Notes: a model not told the origin generated them from the letters alone. DNA of 63,826 nucleotides, filler included, from Polymyxa betae A26-41 (GCA_003693705.1; 8 parts of 8 records of this genome joined end to end with filler, not necessarily neighbours in it), one strand, 5' to 3'; positions 24,901-37,913 are shown, counted from the whole stretch's first letter. Made by a program: numbers and translations.

Positions 24901-27900
24901 GATGCTTCGGGCAGAAACAGGATCCCGGATCACAGGGGCTCATGCAGATGGAAATCGCAGGCTCAGGTTCGGCATCATCATCTCCAGAACTGTAAGGATG
25001 CCCAGCATCCGCATCATCAAATATTTTGAAACAGCATGGCGGTTGTGGCACGAATCCTATAAGACGCTCAACAATGCGACGATAAAGTGAAACGGCTGAG
25101 CATTACCGGTGAGCCATTTCCATAAGATTTCGCTGATATCGATGTTTTGATCGTAATGCTGAACGAACATATCGGTGGAAGGTATTGCAGGATAGCGAAA
25201 CGTACCTTGATTCCCTCATACAGCGTGGAGATCGCATCTCGTGTGATGGAGCAATCGTTGTTTTGAACACTCTTAAAATGACGGGAGAAGCGCTCGAAAG
25301 TCAAGCTAGGAAGGCATTCCTCCCAAGTAGCATCATCAAGAGTCCACTCCTCGCTGTTCGCTGGTAGCAGTTTCAGAACATCAACGGTCCTGAGAATTGG
25401 ATCAATGCCAGATAAAAATCGTCGCAATCACTCCATTACCTGGCGATAGCCTCCAGCAATGTTGATGCTGCGTCATATGTATTCTTCTTCCTTTGCTTGA
25501 CTTGATCGGCATTTGAGACGGTTAATAGCATGGCATCCCCTCGTGCACATAGCAGAGACTGTAGCTTTCCCGAAAACGACATATAAGTCGTCCGGAGGTC
25601 GCAAATCTTTCTCAGTTCCCGTCGGGCCGACTTAACTCCAGGGTCGTCATTCCACACGCTACGTTCAGCATATCGCGAAAGAGCGGACTCTTGGCAACCG
25701 CCTCCAATCCGTGTCAAAGAAACACCCCGTTCCGATTTAACCAGGTCCATTAGGAACTCATCGATAGCGTGGTTCTGCAATCTGGTCAACGGGACAGTGA
25801 AACAAAACGGATTATGCACACACCTTGTAACTTAGAACCAAAATTGGAGGGTGCCCAACGGATGGATTAGTCTTAATCCACAAGTCCCTCACAATAAGCA
25901 GAGCACGAGCCATCACCACGCCGACGTATGATTTCCCAGTACCAGGTGGCCTGTGAAAGAAAAAGTCAAAACTTTTGACAGCAATGTCGTGAATGGTATC
26001 TGACCCAAGAGTGCAATGAACCGGATGGGTTAGCGCCTCTAAGAAGCTTTGCATCTGGCCTTGATCTAAAGTGGTTGATTCGATCAGATTCTCCAGTTTT
26101 TCCTGAAGTTGGTCACGAAAGTGTTTATCACGCCTCAACTGAACGATCGGATCGATGGTGGAATTATCAATGAGCTTCGCCACGTTTGCTCTGAATACAT
26201 CAGTACTCAGATGATGGTCTTGCACGGTATACGGAGAGAGCTGCGTCGGGAACTCTGATGTTTCTATGCCTTCACTGTCAGCATCATCCACAACTCTCTC
26301 TGGCAACGATAATCGCGGAGACATGTTCAGCAGGGCGCCATTTTGAAAAGGCATCCGAGAAACGCTTTGATGTCCCAAAGCGATGAGCACATGGATGAAT
26401 TCAGGAACGAAGATTTGACAGTCAATGATCGCAATCCGATCACCGGGTTTTAGCGGGACATTAGTTAGGCGAGTCACTCGGGAAACGTTCGATAAATCAA
26501 ACAGTGAGAATGCGATCTGTTATACACAATAAGACATGCAAAATATCACACCACCAATCAAACCAAACCTGTCTTTTTTCACGTCGTTTAAATTCATCAC
26601 GTGATTCTTGCGGCGAATGCACTACGATCTCACCCCACATGATGCGATCGGAAAGGCGTAGGCTGGATTTAGGACCTTCTGGCAGGAACACAACACCGAT
26701 CAGATTCGGAGCGCAGAGTCGCCGTGTCGTCTTCCAGTTCGGTGCGATTGCGGGCGGGCGTCGACTCTTCAGCTGACTGGCGTAAATGCGGCCGTCGAAG
26801 CCGACAAAGGCGACTTGCGCATCGTAGATGTTCGTGGACGCTCGAGGTCCTGGTGGGCCTCGCAATGCATCTCTGGCCTTGGTCGCACATGGGCCACAGA
26901 GGCCCCGGTAGTGGAACTTATTCGGGCACGCGAGCACGACCGACCCTGAGCAGCCCGGTGACAGACAGGACAATGAGCCGGAGTTGTCTACAGGCATCGC
27001 CCATAGAGTGCGACCGCAGGAGCCCTCGTTTCCGACACGATGAGGGCAATGTGGCGTAAGGGCTTGGCAGCCGAGCTCGAAGGTCATCGCAACCCAAATC
27101 TTAAGCACTGTTTCGAAATAATCTTCCGGAGAATCATAGACACCTTGTGATAGGGTCCCGGGCACCTTCATTACTGGAAGTTTCGTTGGTTGGAATATTG
27201 ATGTCGTCAATAACCATGATATCGTGGCAGTACGCCAATCTAGATACGCTCCAGAGCCTTCGCCAGATTTCACCAAAACAGGCGGCAGCGCTTCCGTCAC
27301 CGAAGAAGTTTGACATGTTTTAATCATCCAAGGTTTTTCCAAGTCATCCTAAAAACGTTGTTAAATGAGTTAGGAGGAAAAAAACGTCCAAACCAGCAAT
27401 TCGTATATTTTCCCTTGTACGAGGCGATGCTCTTTAACTGCAGCGTTTAAGCCGCGGGATGCAGCCGCCAGCATTCCCTGAAAGTGCTGGATTACGTCAG
27501 ATGGGGCCAGATTCCAGGACGTTTTCATAAGTCGCTGAAAGAGTTGATGAATTTACAACCTGGTCACATAGCTCTGATACCTTGACAGCGTTCGCACACG
27601 CTTCAACATTCCTCACAGCGCGCTGCTCGTCCACCTTATGAAACAGCTCGATAAAACGCTGCATATTCTTTGAGTAATCTGAGTCAAAAATTGATCAGGA
27701 TGGGAAGGATAGCAAAACGCACCGAGTACCTGCCAGTGGAATGATTATGACGGGGGCATCCATGGAGAACGGGATTCGCGCCAAGACAGTCACGAGGTTG
27801 GCCATGTCTCTCAAATTCAGAGACTTGCGCCCTTCGTCCGACCATGCAGAAATCCAGAGATCGCGACCAAGACCCGACGACAGGTACTTTCCGAGTTCGA

Positions 27901-28180
27901 CATCGCTTTTTCGAGCGAACGATTCGATAAATGAGGACATCTTGCTATTCTGGTCGAAAGACCCATCCTCCAGTGATAGTGTACTGCTGGATTCTCCGCG
28001 ATTTGGTGCTCTCGAGCGTCCACGACCCTCCGGATGGTAAGATCCGCGACCACGGCTCGGGTGTGACGCCCCTCGCCCTCGATCCTTGGACACAGCCGAC
28101 CAGCGACCACGACCGCGTGCATTGCCGCCGGCCCCGGAAGACGGCGGCCTTCCTCCGCGCTGCCAACCTCTTGACGACAT
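15997..28180 (-). CDS. Multi-exon gene: ZNFX1-like SF1 (Upf1-like) helicase, NF-X1-type zinc fingers, three CbbX/SpoVK AAA+ ATPase modules and a C-terminal Cys/His motif
   Basis: Starts with an RGG-rich N-terminus (ATG 28180). Helicase motifs: G|PPGTGKS, VIVEEASEVLEP, IGDHFQL, SMFERL, QRRMRP, ITPYKG|Q, TVD|RFQG, SRARLG. Many CGH/CxH fingers lie at 22300-20630. There are three GNPGTGKT Walker A loops, each with IDEAY, and the C-terminus is CPAGFSWYNVGSGWRCGGGSH. The GT-AG introns checked (17314-17362, 18184-18242, 19080-19132, 27679-27729) restore the frame. Confidence 0.9.
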
Positions 28181-28847
28181 CTAGATAGGCAGCGAGAAGA
28201 GATGAGAAATGTGATAACGGAGATGTTACAGTACACTGCTAGCGGGTTCCTCTCACAGTGGCGGTGTCTCATCCTTCACACTTGCGTACTGCGCACTATT
28301 TCTGTTCGAGTCTTCGAGGAGGATAGTGGATACATCGCTCCGGGTGTATTGCGTTGTCATATGCTGACGTCGCCGTCGTATTACAATCTTGCTCGTTTAA
28401 CAAACCCGCCTACTAGTCTGTATGTAAGCGGCATGTTCGCAATCGGAAATTTGACGGGCTCAGAATCGATGAGATTTCGTCTAATTACATTTTAGTTTTT
28501 GCAGAAGTTATATTCAAAATAAACATTATTTGCTTACTTTGCAATGTATCTAGAGACGAAGAAAAAAACGATTGCTCAAGAATTGGGTGCCAAACCATCA
28601 GCAGGGGTGGCCCCTAAAAATGGAGAAAACGCAAGGCGAAACGAGATCTTTTTACTCGAGTCTTCCGGTAGCAGGCGTGTGAGCGCACCACAGCAGGCAT
28701 AATTCTACATGAGGTTCAGGTTGAGGTCAATGCCGGTTTATTCAATATAACAGCAGGTTCCGGAAACTTATGTTCTTTGTGGGAACGGGCTGCCTACGAG
28801 ACAATGGCAGCGCGAACGAGGAGTCGCAGGTTGGTCAATAAGTGAAG

Positions 28848-28848
<1 letters not shown>

Positions 28849-28887
<39 letters not shown>
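28849..28887. repeat. (GA)n microsatellite
   Basis: Run of GA dinucleotides. Confidence 0.95.
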
Positions 28888-28889
<2 letters not shown>

Positions 28890-29519
28890 CTCTATATAGA
28901 AATCTTTCAATAAAATGCTTTATCTAAGAAATGACGTCTGGGAGAATTGCACCAAAAGCTATGATATTGATGCGTGCGATCGAAATGTGATCAAACTCGG
29001 CATTGTTGCGAATTCGGTCCAGGTCCGGGTCCAGTACGATCAGGACCTAGATGGGAAAGATCTGCCGACAGATGGGATCGGATTGTGTTCGACCGCTTCA
29101 ATGGTTTTATTGAAAATTGAAATCATCGTAAAGCTTTGGTACTCTGTAATTGCGAGCTTGATGATATCAGGAAGAGCACTTCGCGATGATAAAAAAGATC
29201 ACAGAATCAGTCTGCCGAAATATTCAGTCGGAATGAAATTCTTGGTGCGATATGGCGGCATGCTCGAATGAACTCTATCATCAAATCGTCAAATGTTTTC
29301 GGAAGTTCAGACTGGCCAAAAATATCTAGAATCATGGCTCTAGATTGACCAACAGTACCTGAAATAGTCAGTGTCGCAAATGATTCAAACAGGTCCTGAT
29401 TTTCCTTCTCCTTTTTTTTCAAACACTTTTTTCAAAAGATCGTTACAACCTGTCAACATTTGTTCTTTGCCTTTTTTGCTGAATAATGACTATGGAAGAT
29501 TCAGATCATGATTATGTTT

Positions 29520-30418
29520 TAGGCTCTTTAAAAGGCCGAGAAAGAACCATCCAGCGACATCTGTGTCCTTTTGCAGCTCCTTATCCGGATCAAATTGGCA
29601 TTCTCCAATCTTCCCTTGTTGCACGCAGCTAAAACAGCTGATTTAGTGATGAATAATCAAAACGGTTTAATGGTGACGACCTCTCGAAATGGGAACAAAA
29701 CTCTATCTGGACAATGTCGGCAGATAGCTTTATCGCAGAGTTGAGAACAATCTCTGGGCGTTCATATTGCGGAGATGGCAATTTACGAAATTGTAACTTT
29801 AACGCATAGCCTCCAGACCAGGAGTGTTTAGAGAATGGCCCAGCTGGTAGCCCTGTTATTGCTTCCTGCATGTAAATCGTTAAAGAAAACACTTTTAAAT
29901 CACAAAAAAGTTGAGTTACATTGTTATCAGTAGTGATGTCAGAATACAGAAGAATGTGTGAGATATCCCGTGTATATTCATTGGTGCCAATATGATACCA
30001 GGATCTCCAAGAGAAATTCTCCAGAATAGAGGGTGATATGCGAAATACGACACCACCGAAACAAGACCTTTGGTACAGTTGCTCAAAAGTCTTTGTCTTC
30101 TTGAACTGATCCCAAGCCCTGTCGATGGCGTCAAAATTGGTTGCGAGCGGTTTCGCTACGCTCTCTTGCGTTGATCGAATCGAGTTGGCAACGCTGTAGT
30201 GAATATATAGCCTCGACTTTGGAAAATATCTCATCTAAATTGCAAAGGTACTGCCTGCGATTCCCACGATCTGTTCCCTGAGGATAATATGGTTGAGGGG
30301 AGAGCTCTCCTTGAAGAAGGATGTTGATGGCGGCATCTACATGGGTGCAGTGCTGAAGCTCTCCAACACAGAGCTCGATCACGTCAGCATGCGGAAGACT
30401 ATAATCTGGTGCTGGCAT
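29520..30418 (-). pseudogene. Hypothetical gene, probably spliced and/or frameshifted
   Basis: Overlapping ORFs 30131-30418 and 29629-30234 have protein-like composition. No family was recognised. Confidence 0.3.
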
Positions 30419-32424
30419 CGCCTAATGCCGTTATCAATGACGACGCTGACGTAAACACATTCGGCGAGAAATGAAGCCAGATGTCTTTAATACATAAGGA
30501 ATGGAAACTGGGCAAAGAGAAACAGGACACGGGCAGGGTCATGTACAGCGAACGATCCGGCTTCGTCACTGGATCGGGTTCGGGGGCCAGTACGACTTGA
30601 TCACCTGATCAGGTTCGTGAGGGGCCCGGCTGCGGCGTTGCGCGGCAAGTGAGGTCGCAGGGGGCCTGTTGCGTACTTGAAAAAACCCTGACAACGTATA
30701 ATGGTTTATAGTCCGAACTGTTCCAACTGGGAGTCCGCATTTTTTCTGTCACAGAGTAGAAATTTCTTGGTAGTGGCGAGGCCCTGCCTCAGTGTTTTGA
30801 GGCTTCCCTGGAGAACGATCTTGCACTCCGTCACAGCTCCATTGTTTTTGTTTGGTCAATTAATACTGTTGGAGTTAATTAATCACAGTGCAACGCACTT
30901 TTGATCATCTGACGTCGAGCTCTCTCTACAATACGAATCTCAGATAAATCGAGAATACACTGATCTTGATTGCTCAAAAGCGCTACGAATGCATTAAGGG
31001 ACCCGCCATCTCATTCTGGGCACAAATCACTAAAGCGTCAATCAGACATTGCGAATTTCTTGAATTCACCGTGCTCGTGTTTTGACGCTATTCACGAGTC
31101 CCTGCGACTTTTCGTTGCTCCGGAATATCATCCGGTCACCTGACCCCTAATTGTTGATTGTACATTATCATACTCAACATAATACACAGAATTCTCTTGA
31201 CCCTGATGGACTGAAACGTAGTGCAGGGACATAATATGACTTCCCGGATGTGATGGAACTGCCAAAAAACAGTTGTCTCGAGAACCTGATAATCCGTCAA
31301 TAGAACGTTGCTGTGTATTTTAACATAAACAAGTTATCATTCGGACATTCCAAGTACGTTCGTTTTCGGCTGTAGGAGTCTTCTGAGATGGTGTGATAGC
31401 GCGTTGGAACCCGGAGATCCTATAGATCATGCGTACGGCAATCACAGACTTTGTCCGATAAAATGCATATTGCAACAATCGGAGCAGCGACTTGCAGCAC
31501 ATAGCCTGATCTATCCGGAGCTCCTACAACCGGTTTCATAACCTTCCCGCCTTAATTTACGCCATCATAATCCAGGTCGGCGCTCTAGGGGTCCAGTACG
31601 ACCATGCTGGTCTCCCCAAATTGAATGGGAATCGTGCCATTAGCACAGCAGAATACTGATCAATGTCCTTTTATAAGATCCCGGCGCAAAATGTAGCACA
31701 ATACGAGATTTCTGGCACAATGTTTGCGAACAATGGTGTTTTTGGTGCTGTTGGTCTATTGCATGTTTCCAGGAGTCTCAGACCCTGTGAATTATTACTC
31801 ATGGAGTCCGGCTGATCGGAATGGCGGCGTAGGCTCAAAAACTGCCAGAATACAGCAGACACAAGCACGAGCTCCAAGGACAAAGATCTTAGCCAGATAA
31901 TCAACTTCAGCTCGGCTGCATAAAGTAAACAAATTGACCATTTCCAAGTCGTTACCATCGGATTACGTACAGTGATGATGATGGATGGAGTCTTTAACAG
32001 AAAGTCTGAGCCTTATCTGAACCGACAGAAATAAAGACCCGCCGCTCGAGTACAAAGGTTCAAGAGCAGATTTTCCAATAAATTCAGGTAAAGAAACCCA
32101 TTAACGAAAGGTAGAGAAACCCATTAACGAATCAATACTGCAGACAATCATGTCCAGATAGGTTTAGCTACGGACATTCAGTTTTGTTTATCTTAGGTAT
32201 TACCTCTCTTTGGGCTTATAAAATCTACTTGCTTTTGACAGCTGTAAAATCAGAGAAGGACGGATTGAAATGGTTTCGGATTATGCTGCAAAAGCACACA
32301 GCAAGAGAAACTTGTTATGATCGATGGCAGAATAATGAAAGGCGATGATTATAACGGTGCGTGAGCAGGAGGCCGATTCCGCAAGAACAAACGAAGACGC
32401 CGCATAGTATGAAGATAATCGTAT

Positions 32425-32946
32425 CTAATAGCAAATATCAGATATAGGGCAGAGAGTATCACTCTGCTTACAAATGGATATTGAATCAGAATTCGAAACC
32501 TGTTGAGGCTCGTAGAGAGAATTCGTGATGGGAGAGTCCGCTTTGCCATTGGACGGATCCGACTCGGATTTTGCGACGAAGCTTTTATCAGGTTTCGCGT
32601 TCTTGAGGCCTTCTGAGTTATTATTCGGCTGAGAAGTTACAATGGATGATGAAGGGATCGAAAAGGTTTTAGGCGGCATGGCAGGCACATAAGGTGGCCC
32701 CTCCTGAAAGTCCTCAAAGAAGAACGAAGTCTCCGGTTCGGATAACGAACGACAACAGCCGCCATACTGTTGCCGCCCAAATTTGCTCTCCATCTTCGCC
32801 ATTTGATGATAATAGTCGGGAATGTGAGCGATTAAAAAGTCGCAAATAATATGTTTCCATCGTTGATCGCCAGGATTAGATTGCGTCCAGTTCTTGTAGC
32901 AGACGCTCAAGAGAGTATCTCCATTGTCATCGGCAAGATTGACAAT
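32425..32946 (-). pseudogene. C-terminal fragment of an ankyrin-type protein
   Basis: The frame upstream of the listed ORF reads IVNLADDNGDTLLSVC (ankyrin VN..D..G.T.L motif) and abuts the repeat at 32967. Confidence 0.4.
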
Positions 32947-32966
32947 CTAAGCGAAGAGGGTCGCTG

Positions 32967-34516
32967 TAAATTGGCCTAAAATTGGCCCTAAAATGGCCTA
33001 ATCTCCGTGGGCGCAGTTTTCGTTTACAATTGGCCTAAAAATGGCCTAAAGCTCACAGAATATCAATAACCCTAAAACCCTACTCTATAGCTGTTCGTTG
33101 CCAGTTTCCAGCTGGCATGGGCAGGGCCCATTTCAAAGCGATTGTCAGTCTTTGTGGAGCTCCCAGGTGGAATTCATGACAGCTCCGATCTTACGAGTTG
33201 CAACAGTAATAAACTTTGAAATATAATACAGGAAACCTGAATTCTGTCCCCCTTTTGATAATTGGTAGCAAAACGAAAGGTGCTACAGTCAATCCTTTCT
33301 ATAACGACACTCTTTATAACGACTTCTTTATAGAAGCCCGATAATGGTACTATGTACGGATATTGTTGTATGGATTCTCTACAAAGTCATCAATGACATG
33401 GCGGCGTGGCCCATATCTGTTAGATGAGATTCTTATGGGGCTCTTTGATTATCATCTCGATCCTTCACAATACAAACTGGATTTTCTACCATTGTCTCGT
33501 CACCCTTAGACTAGACACCTGGGAGGATTAGCATGACGTCTGACGCTTAGACCCCTTTTATCTCATGTTCCCAACTCCTTCGAGAAAGAGAGAGTCGCTT
33601 AGGATAACCGAAAAACAGCTGTTTTGCAGAGTATACAATGATAACATTACAGAGAAAAAACTTTCTAAACTATTGGGTTATTTGGTGATTCAGGTCTGTC
33701 GGTCGACTATTTGTGGCACTGTAAGAGACCTTTCGAAGTTCGAGGATCAGATGAGCAAACTGACGTTAACGACGACAAATCGAAGCGCATCGAAAGCTTG
33801 TTAAACACTTTTCGGGGTAACCTCGAAGAAAAGCCAGAAAAACTTCTTGAAGTTTGTATAGCTTTAATTTTGTATCAATTCAAGAACTAAACCTAAAAAG
33901 AAACGGTTCCAAAAAATAACTGATGCGAGTTTATACATACAAATGGTCCATAGCTTCGGGAGAATACATTTATAACGACAATGTTGTTATAATGAAAACT
34001 CGCCTGTGTCGTTATAGAGTGGGAGGACTGTATAACAACTATTAAGTCACGACTGCAGCTCGGCAGATCCTGAAATAGGATATTGATTTGGTTCTCAAAA
34101 GCAAAGCGCTGTTAGTCTACAACATAATCGCAATCCTAAGCGCAAGAGCGCCAGCACTTCGTTGCCCTCAAGAAAATTCAAGATTTGTTGGGGCACGAAA
34201 TCGGTATTGTCTGAGCCTGTTTGAGAGAATTACCCAGAATGAAATTTCCTGAAGGCCGTGCGTAGACCATTCAGATATCAACTATCTAGAAAACCCTACA
34301 GATGAATAAAGTGTACAAATTTTAGGTGTATTCTCAATTAATGTCAATGCTAGATCCTCATATCAAAAAATTGTCAACCAATCTGCAATCGTGCATTGAA
34401 CTGGCGTTAGGCCATTTTTAGGCCATTTGGGCCAGATTAGGCCATCTTTAGGCCAATTGTCATGGAAAACTGCGCCCACGGAGATTAGGCCATTTTTAGG
34501 CCGTAGGCCAATTTTA
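32967..34516. mobile_element. Inverted pair of GGCCTAA-rich repeats (possible 1.55-kb TIR element)
   Basis: 32967-33050 (AATTGGCCTAAA..ATGGCCTAATCTCCGTGGGCGCAGTTTTC..ACAATTGGCCTAAA) is the reverse complement of about 34430-34516. Confidence 0.6.
33286..34030. mobile_element. Non-autonomous Tc1/mariner (pogo/Tigger-like) element
   Basis: TA|CAGTCAATCCTTTCTATAACGACAC ... GTGTCGTTATAGAGTGGGAGGACTG|TA, giving a 20/25 TIR match and a TA target duplication. Confidence 0.8.
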
Positions 34517-35835
34517 GACCAAATTCCATTCTCCCAGCGAAGAATGGCAGCTCGGCCGCCTTTCGAAGCAGTCGTGTGGAAGCGGTCGTCCACGGATCCC
34601 TCCAGTAATGGTCTTCACGAAGCAGCTTTAAAACCGCGGATAGAAACGAAGACGGGGATGATCGGAATGCACGAAGGGGCGACGGAGACCGAAGAAGGGC
34701 GAACGCGGCCCTCAGTTGATCTCCCCAATGCATGATGTCGATCTCGGATTGACTCAATTTCGGTTTGCCTGAACGATTCCGTAAACAGAACATAATTTCA
34801 GGATCGCAATCACTAGATAACAATCAATAAGACGCATTTTGCAAATGCCAATGAAATTCAAAATAAAAATGTTATAAAAACTTTAAACAAATTGTATAAC
34901 AATGTATTTCTTTCGTTTTTTGCATTAATTGTAAAGTTTTTTCCAAATGTTTTAAATCAAACATTAAACGATTTTGAATATAAATAAAAATGTCCTTTTT
35001 GCGTTAATTGTAATGATATGTTTTAGGGCATTTTGATAATGATATTGAAGCCAACCTTAGATTCAGATAGCGTTCTAATACAGTTAGAGAGCCGTCATGG
35101 GCAGACAGCACAGATGGGGAAAGGCTATTGATTATGGTGGTGAAACAATACGATCTGTCCGGAAATTCGAACTTGGTTTCCAACAGCAAACGAAGAAACA
35201 GCGCTCGTTCGTTCATGAGCGGTTTCGGAGATTCCGCCCACAGCTTGATAGCCAATATTTCATAGCGTTCAGACTCATAGGGCATTGTCCTAATAGATTT
35301 TTCAATTTGAATAGCAGAATATCTTCGAATAAGTTATTACTTAGCAAGATCGAGAAGCCATGTGATGTTCTGCTTACAGTAGGTACATGGATCAGTATGA
35401 CTCAATTTTTTTGCAGCTTCCTTTAAAATGATGTCAATACTACCCCCTTCCCAAACGGTTTCACTTGGTGCCATTTCAATGTCGAGCTATTCCCAAAATT
35501 CATCGTCAAAGAAGCAAAATTGCTGATTTCTTTGGGGTGCAAAATGTATGGCAGATCTACGGACAGCCGTTAGCGCAGCCACTCCGTGGGCGCGCCCATA
35601 CTATGCCGTTCAAAAGACTAACAGTGATGACTGACTATATAAATGTAAATGTAAATGTTGTTTTAGTCAAATTTTCATCTTCCCACATTTCTCACCAAAT
35701 TATCCATGAATTAGGGTTAGGGTTTTAATGAAATCATTGCTTCAGAAATTGAACAGGCAGAAGGGCGATGACTTGTTTATAGATGATGATAGTTCAGAAT
35801 TCTATCAGTTACGGTTTGGTTTCTAAAAGTTGTTT

Positions 35836-36082
35836 TGTGAGCCAGAACACTAATATGGTTTCGATATGGTATATCCTGTGAGCCAGAACTGATATGGTAT
35901 CGATATGGTGTCCTGTGAGGCGGAATACCAATATGGTATTGATATGGTATCATGTGAGTCCCAAAACCGATGTGGTATCAATATGGTATCCTGTGAGGCA
36001 GAGTACCCATATGGTATTGATATGGTATCAAAACCGATGTGGTATCGATATGGTACCCCATGAGCCAGAATACTGATATGGT
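35836..36082. repeat. Degenerate minisatellite, unit about 37-39 bp
   Basis: Recurrent TGTGAGCCAGAATACTGATATGGTATCGATATGGTATCC-like units. Confidence 0.85.
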
Positions 36083-36140
36083 CCTAGGCTGCACCGTGCA
36101 GCGATGTTGTACAATAGATCATAGAGGAAAGATGTCGGTT

Positions 36141-37060
36141 TTAGGCCAGCCATTTATTGTTTTTGTTACGCAAGTAGTTAACGGTCTCTGTCATGCTGTA
36201 CTCAAGTCCCAATTGCATACAGAACGCCTTTAACTCTGACTTGTTCATTCTGCTGACAGGTTTACACGGCATGGGGTTTGAGGACGGTTCGTCAGCTGTA
36301 ACTTCCTCTTCACGAGCCTGTACGATAAATCAGATACACTTACACTTAAATATCAAGAAATAGCTATGAATAGGGACCTGGGCGGTCCTGTTGTTAGCAT
36401 GGCCGTCGCCAATCATATATTCTGTTCCATTATCAAACACAGGTTGGAAGCAGTGTCGCAATGGGTAGTTAGCATCGCTCATAAATATTCCAAGTTCATG
36501 AATGAAATATGCCAGCATCCGCGTCGGCTCCGTTGCGGTCGGATCCCGGCATACCTAGTTCGTCTGTCAGTAATTGAAAACGCGCTCAGTCTTGAGACTC
36601 AAGCCTTCAATAGCACATCGGATGGCAGCTCCATCAAATTTTTCAGCACTTGTGCGTACAGATCTTTGATGCATTCTGGCGCTACATGTTGAGAGGCAGT
36701 ACGAAGGAATTTCCACAAAGTCTTGGGCTCAATTCCGTTCACGTTCAAAGCCGGTATCTTATCTTGAACAATACCAGTGACTGCATGAACGCCAGTGTAA
36801 ATATAGCCTGCCTTTTTGAAGTCGGCTACAGTGGGCCATTTTTCGTCTTCCAGCTGTAGGGCTTGCTTCAGGTTGCTCGCTTCGTTACTGTGTAGCTTAT
36901 TGATGTGTGCAGCAAGATTTAGGTCACTTGTTAAGGGTTTAATACAGCATCCACAGACATTAGGAATTATTTCGTGGTTTTTCAACTGGGCATGCTGTTT
37001 AAGGAGGTCTTTGAAGGTTTCGAGTTCGAAGGGTTTGGAGTTTGTGACTCTGTCCTTTGT
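36141..37060 (-). CDS. Spliced gene with a C2H2-type zinc finger and a C-terminal HeH/SAP-like helix pair (5' end unclear)
   Basis: Contains CGCCIKPLTSDLNLAAHINKLH. The last exon reads ...MNKSELKAFCMQLGLEYSMTETVNYLRNKNNKWLA* (TAA 36141-36143). The model needs a 50-nt GC-AG intron at 36555-36604. Confidence 0.5.
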
Positions 37061-37913
37061 TAGGGTTGCTACAAGTGTTTTTTTTTACTTTCTAGGAACT
37101 TTTTTCCAGCTATCCGTTTATCTGGTGTCCCGACACCTCCTTACCAATTTTGGCTTAGGAATATTTAGCGGTTTTTCGGCAAGCCCTCTTTGAATTCCAA
37201 TTCTGTAGCTTTGCAGACAGAATCAGAGATAGCCAAATGATAGGGCAAATCGCAAAGTCCGAGTTCGATTCCCGCTCGAGTAATGTTTTTTTTTATATTC
37301 TTCCTGATTTTGATAAAGCGAATTTATTTCATCAGTATTCTTGTCACGTTGGACAGTTAGCTGGTTAGGCTGAAAATCAGGTCGAGGATTTCACGATCGC
37401 AAATTAGCGNNNNNNNNNNNNNNNNNNNNNNNNNNNNNNNNNNNNNNNNNNNNNNNNNNNNNNNNNNNNNNNNNNNNNNNNNNNNNNNNNNNNNNNNNNN
37501 NNNNNNNNNNNNNNNNNNNNNNNNNNNNNNNNNNNNNNNNNTGGATAGATGGGGTACTGAGTGCTGAGCTTGATCTCTGATTTTAGAAGTGTGACCGAAT
37601 TCAGACAGCATGCATGCTGAAATCGACGTCAGGGTCAGGGTTCAAATCACCATGAGTCGCAATCTTTTTTTGACCGTCTTTGCCGTATTCGGACCGTCCC
37701 GGATGCCCTCATTTCAGCTAAAAATATTAATCTCGTCCAGACCCCGGCCGATGACGGGCCAGTATACCTGGAGCCAGTACGGCAGCGACGCATCCAGGCG
37801 CTCCGCAGCTTCCNNNNNNNNNNNNNNNNNNNNNNNNNNNNNNNNNNNNNNNNNNNNTTAATTAATTAANNNNNNNNNNNNNNNNNNNNNNNNNNNNNNN
37901 NNNNNNNNNNNNN

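Noticed and set aside
29629-30234. WYHIGT as an ADP-ribosyltransferase YHGT motif
   Set aside because: No further catalytic motifs could be placed, so the evidence is too weak.
37222-37293. tRNA-like sequence (TAGCCAAATG, GTTCGATTC, T-run)
   Set aside because: No acceptor or anticodon stem can be formed. At most it is a decayed tRNA/SINE remnant.
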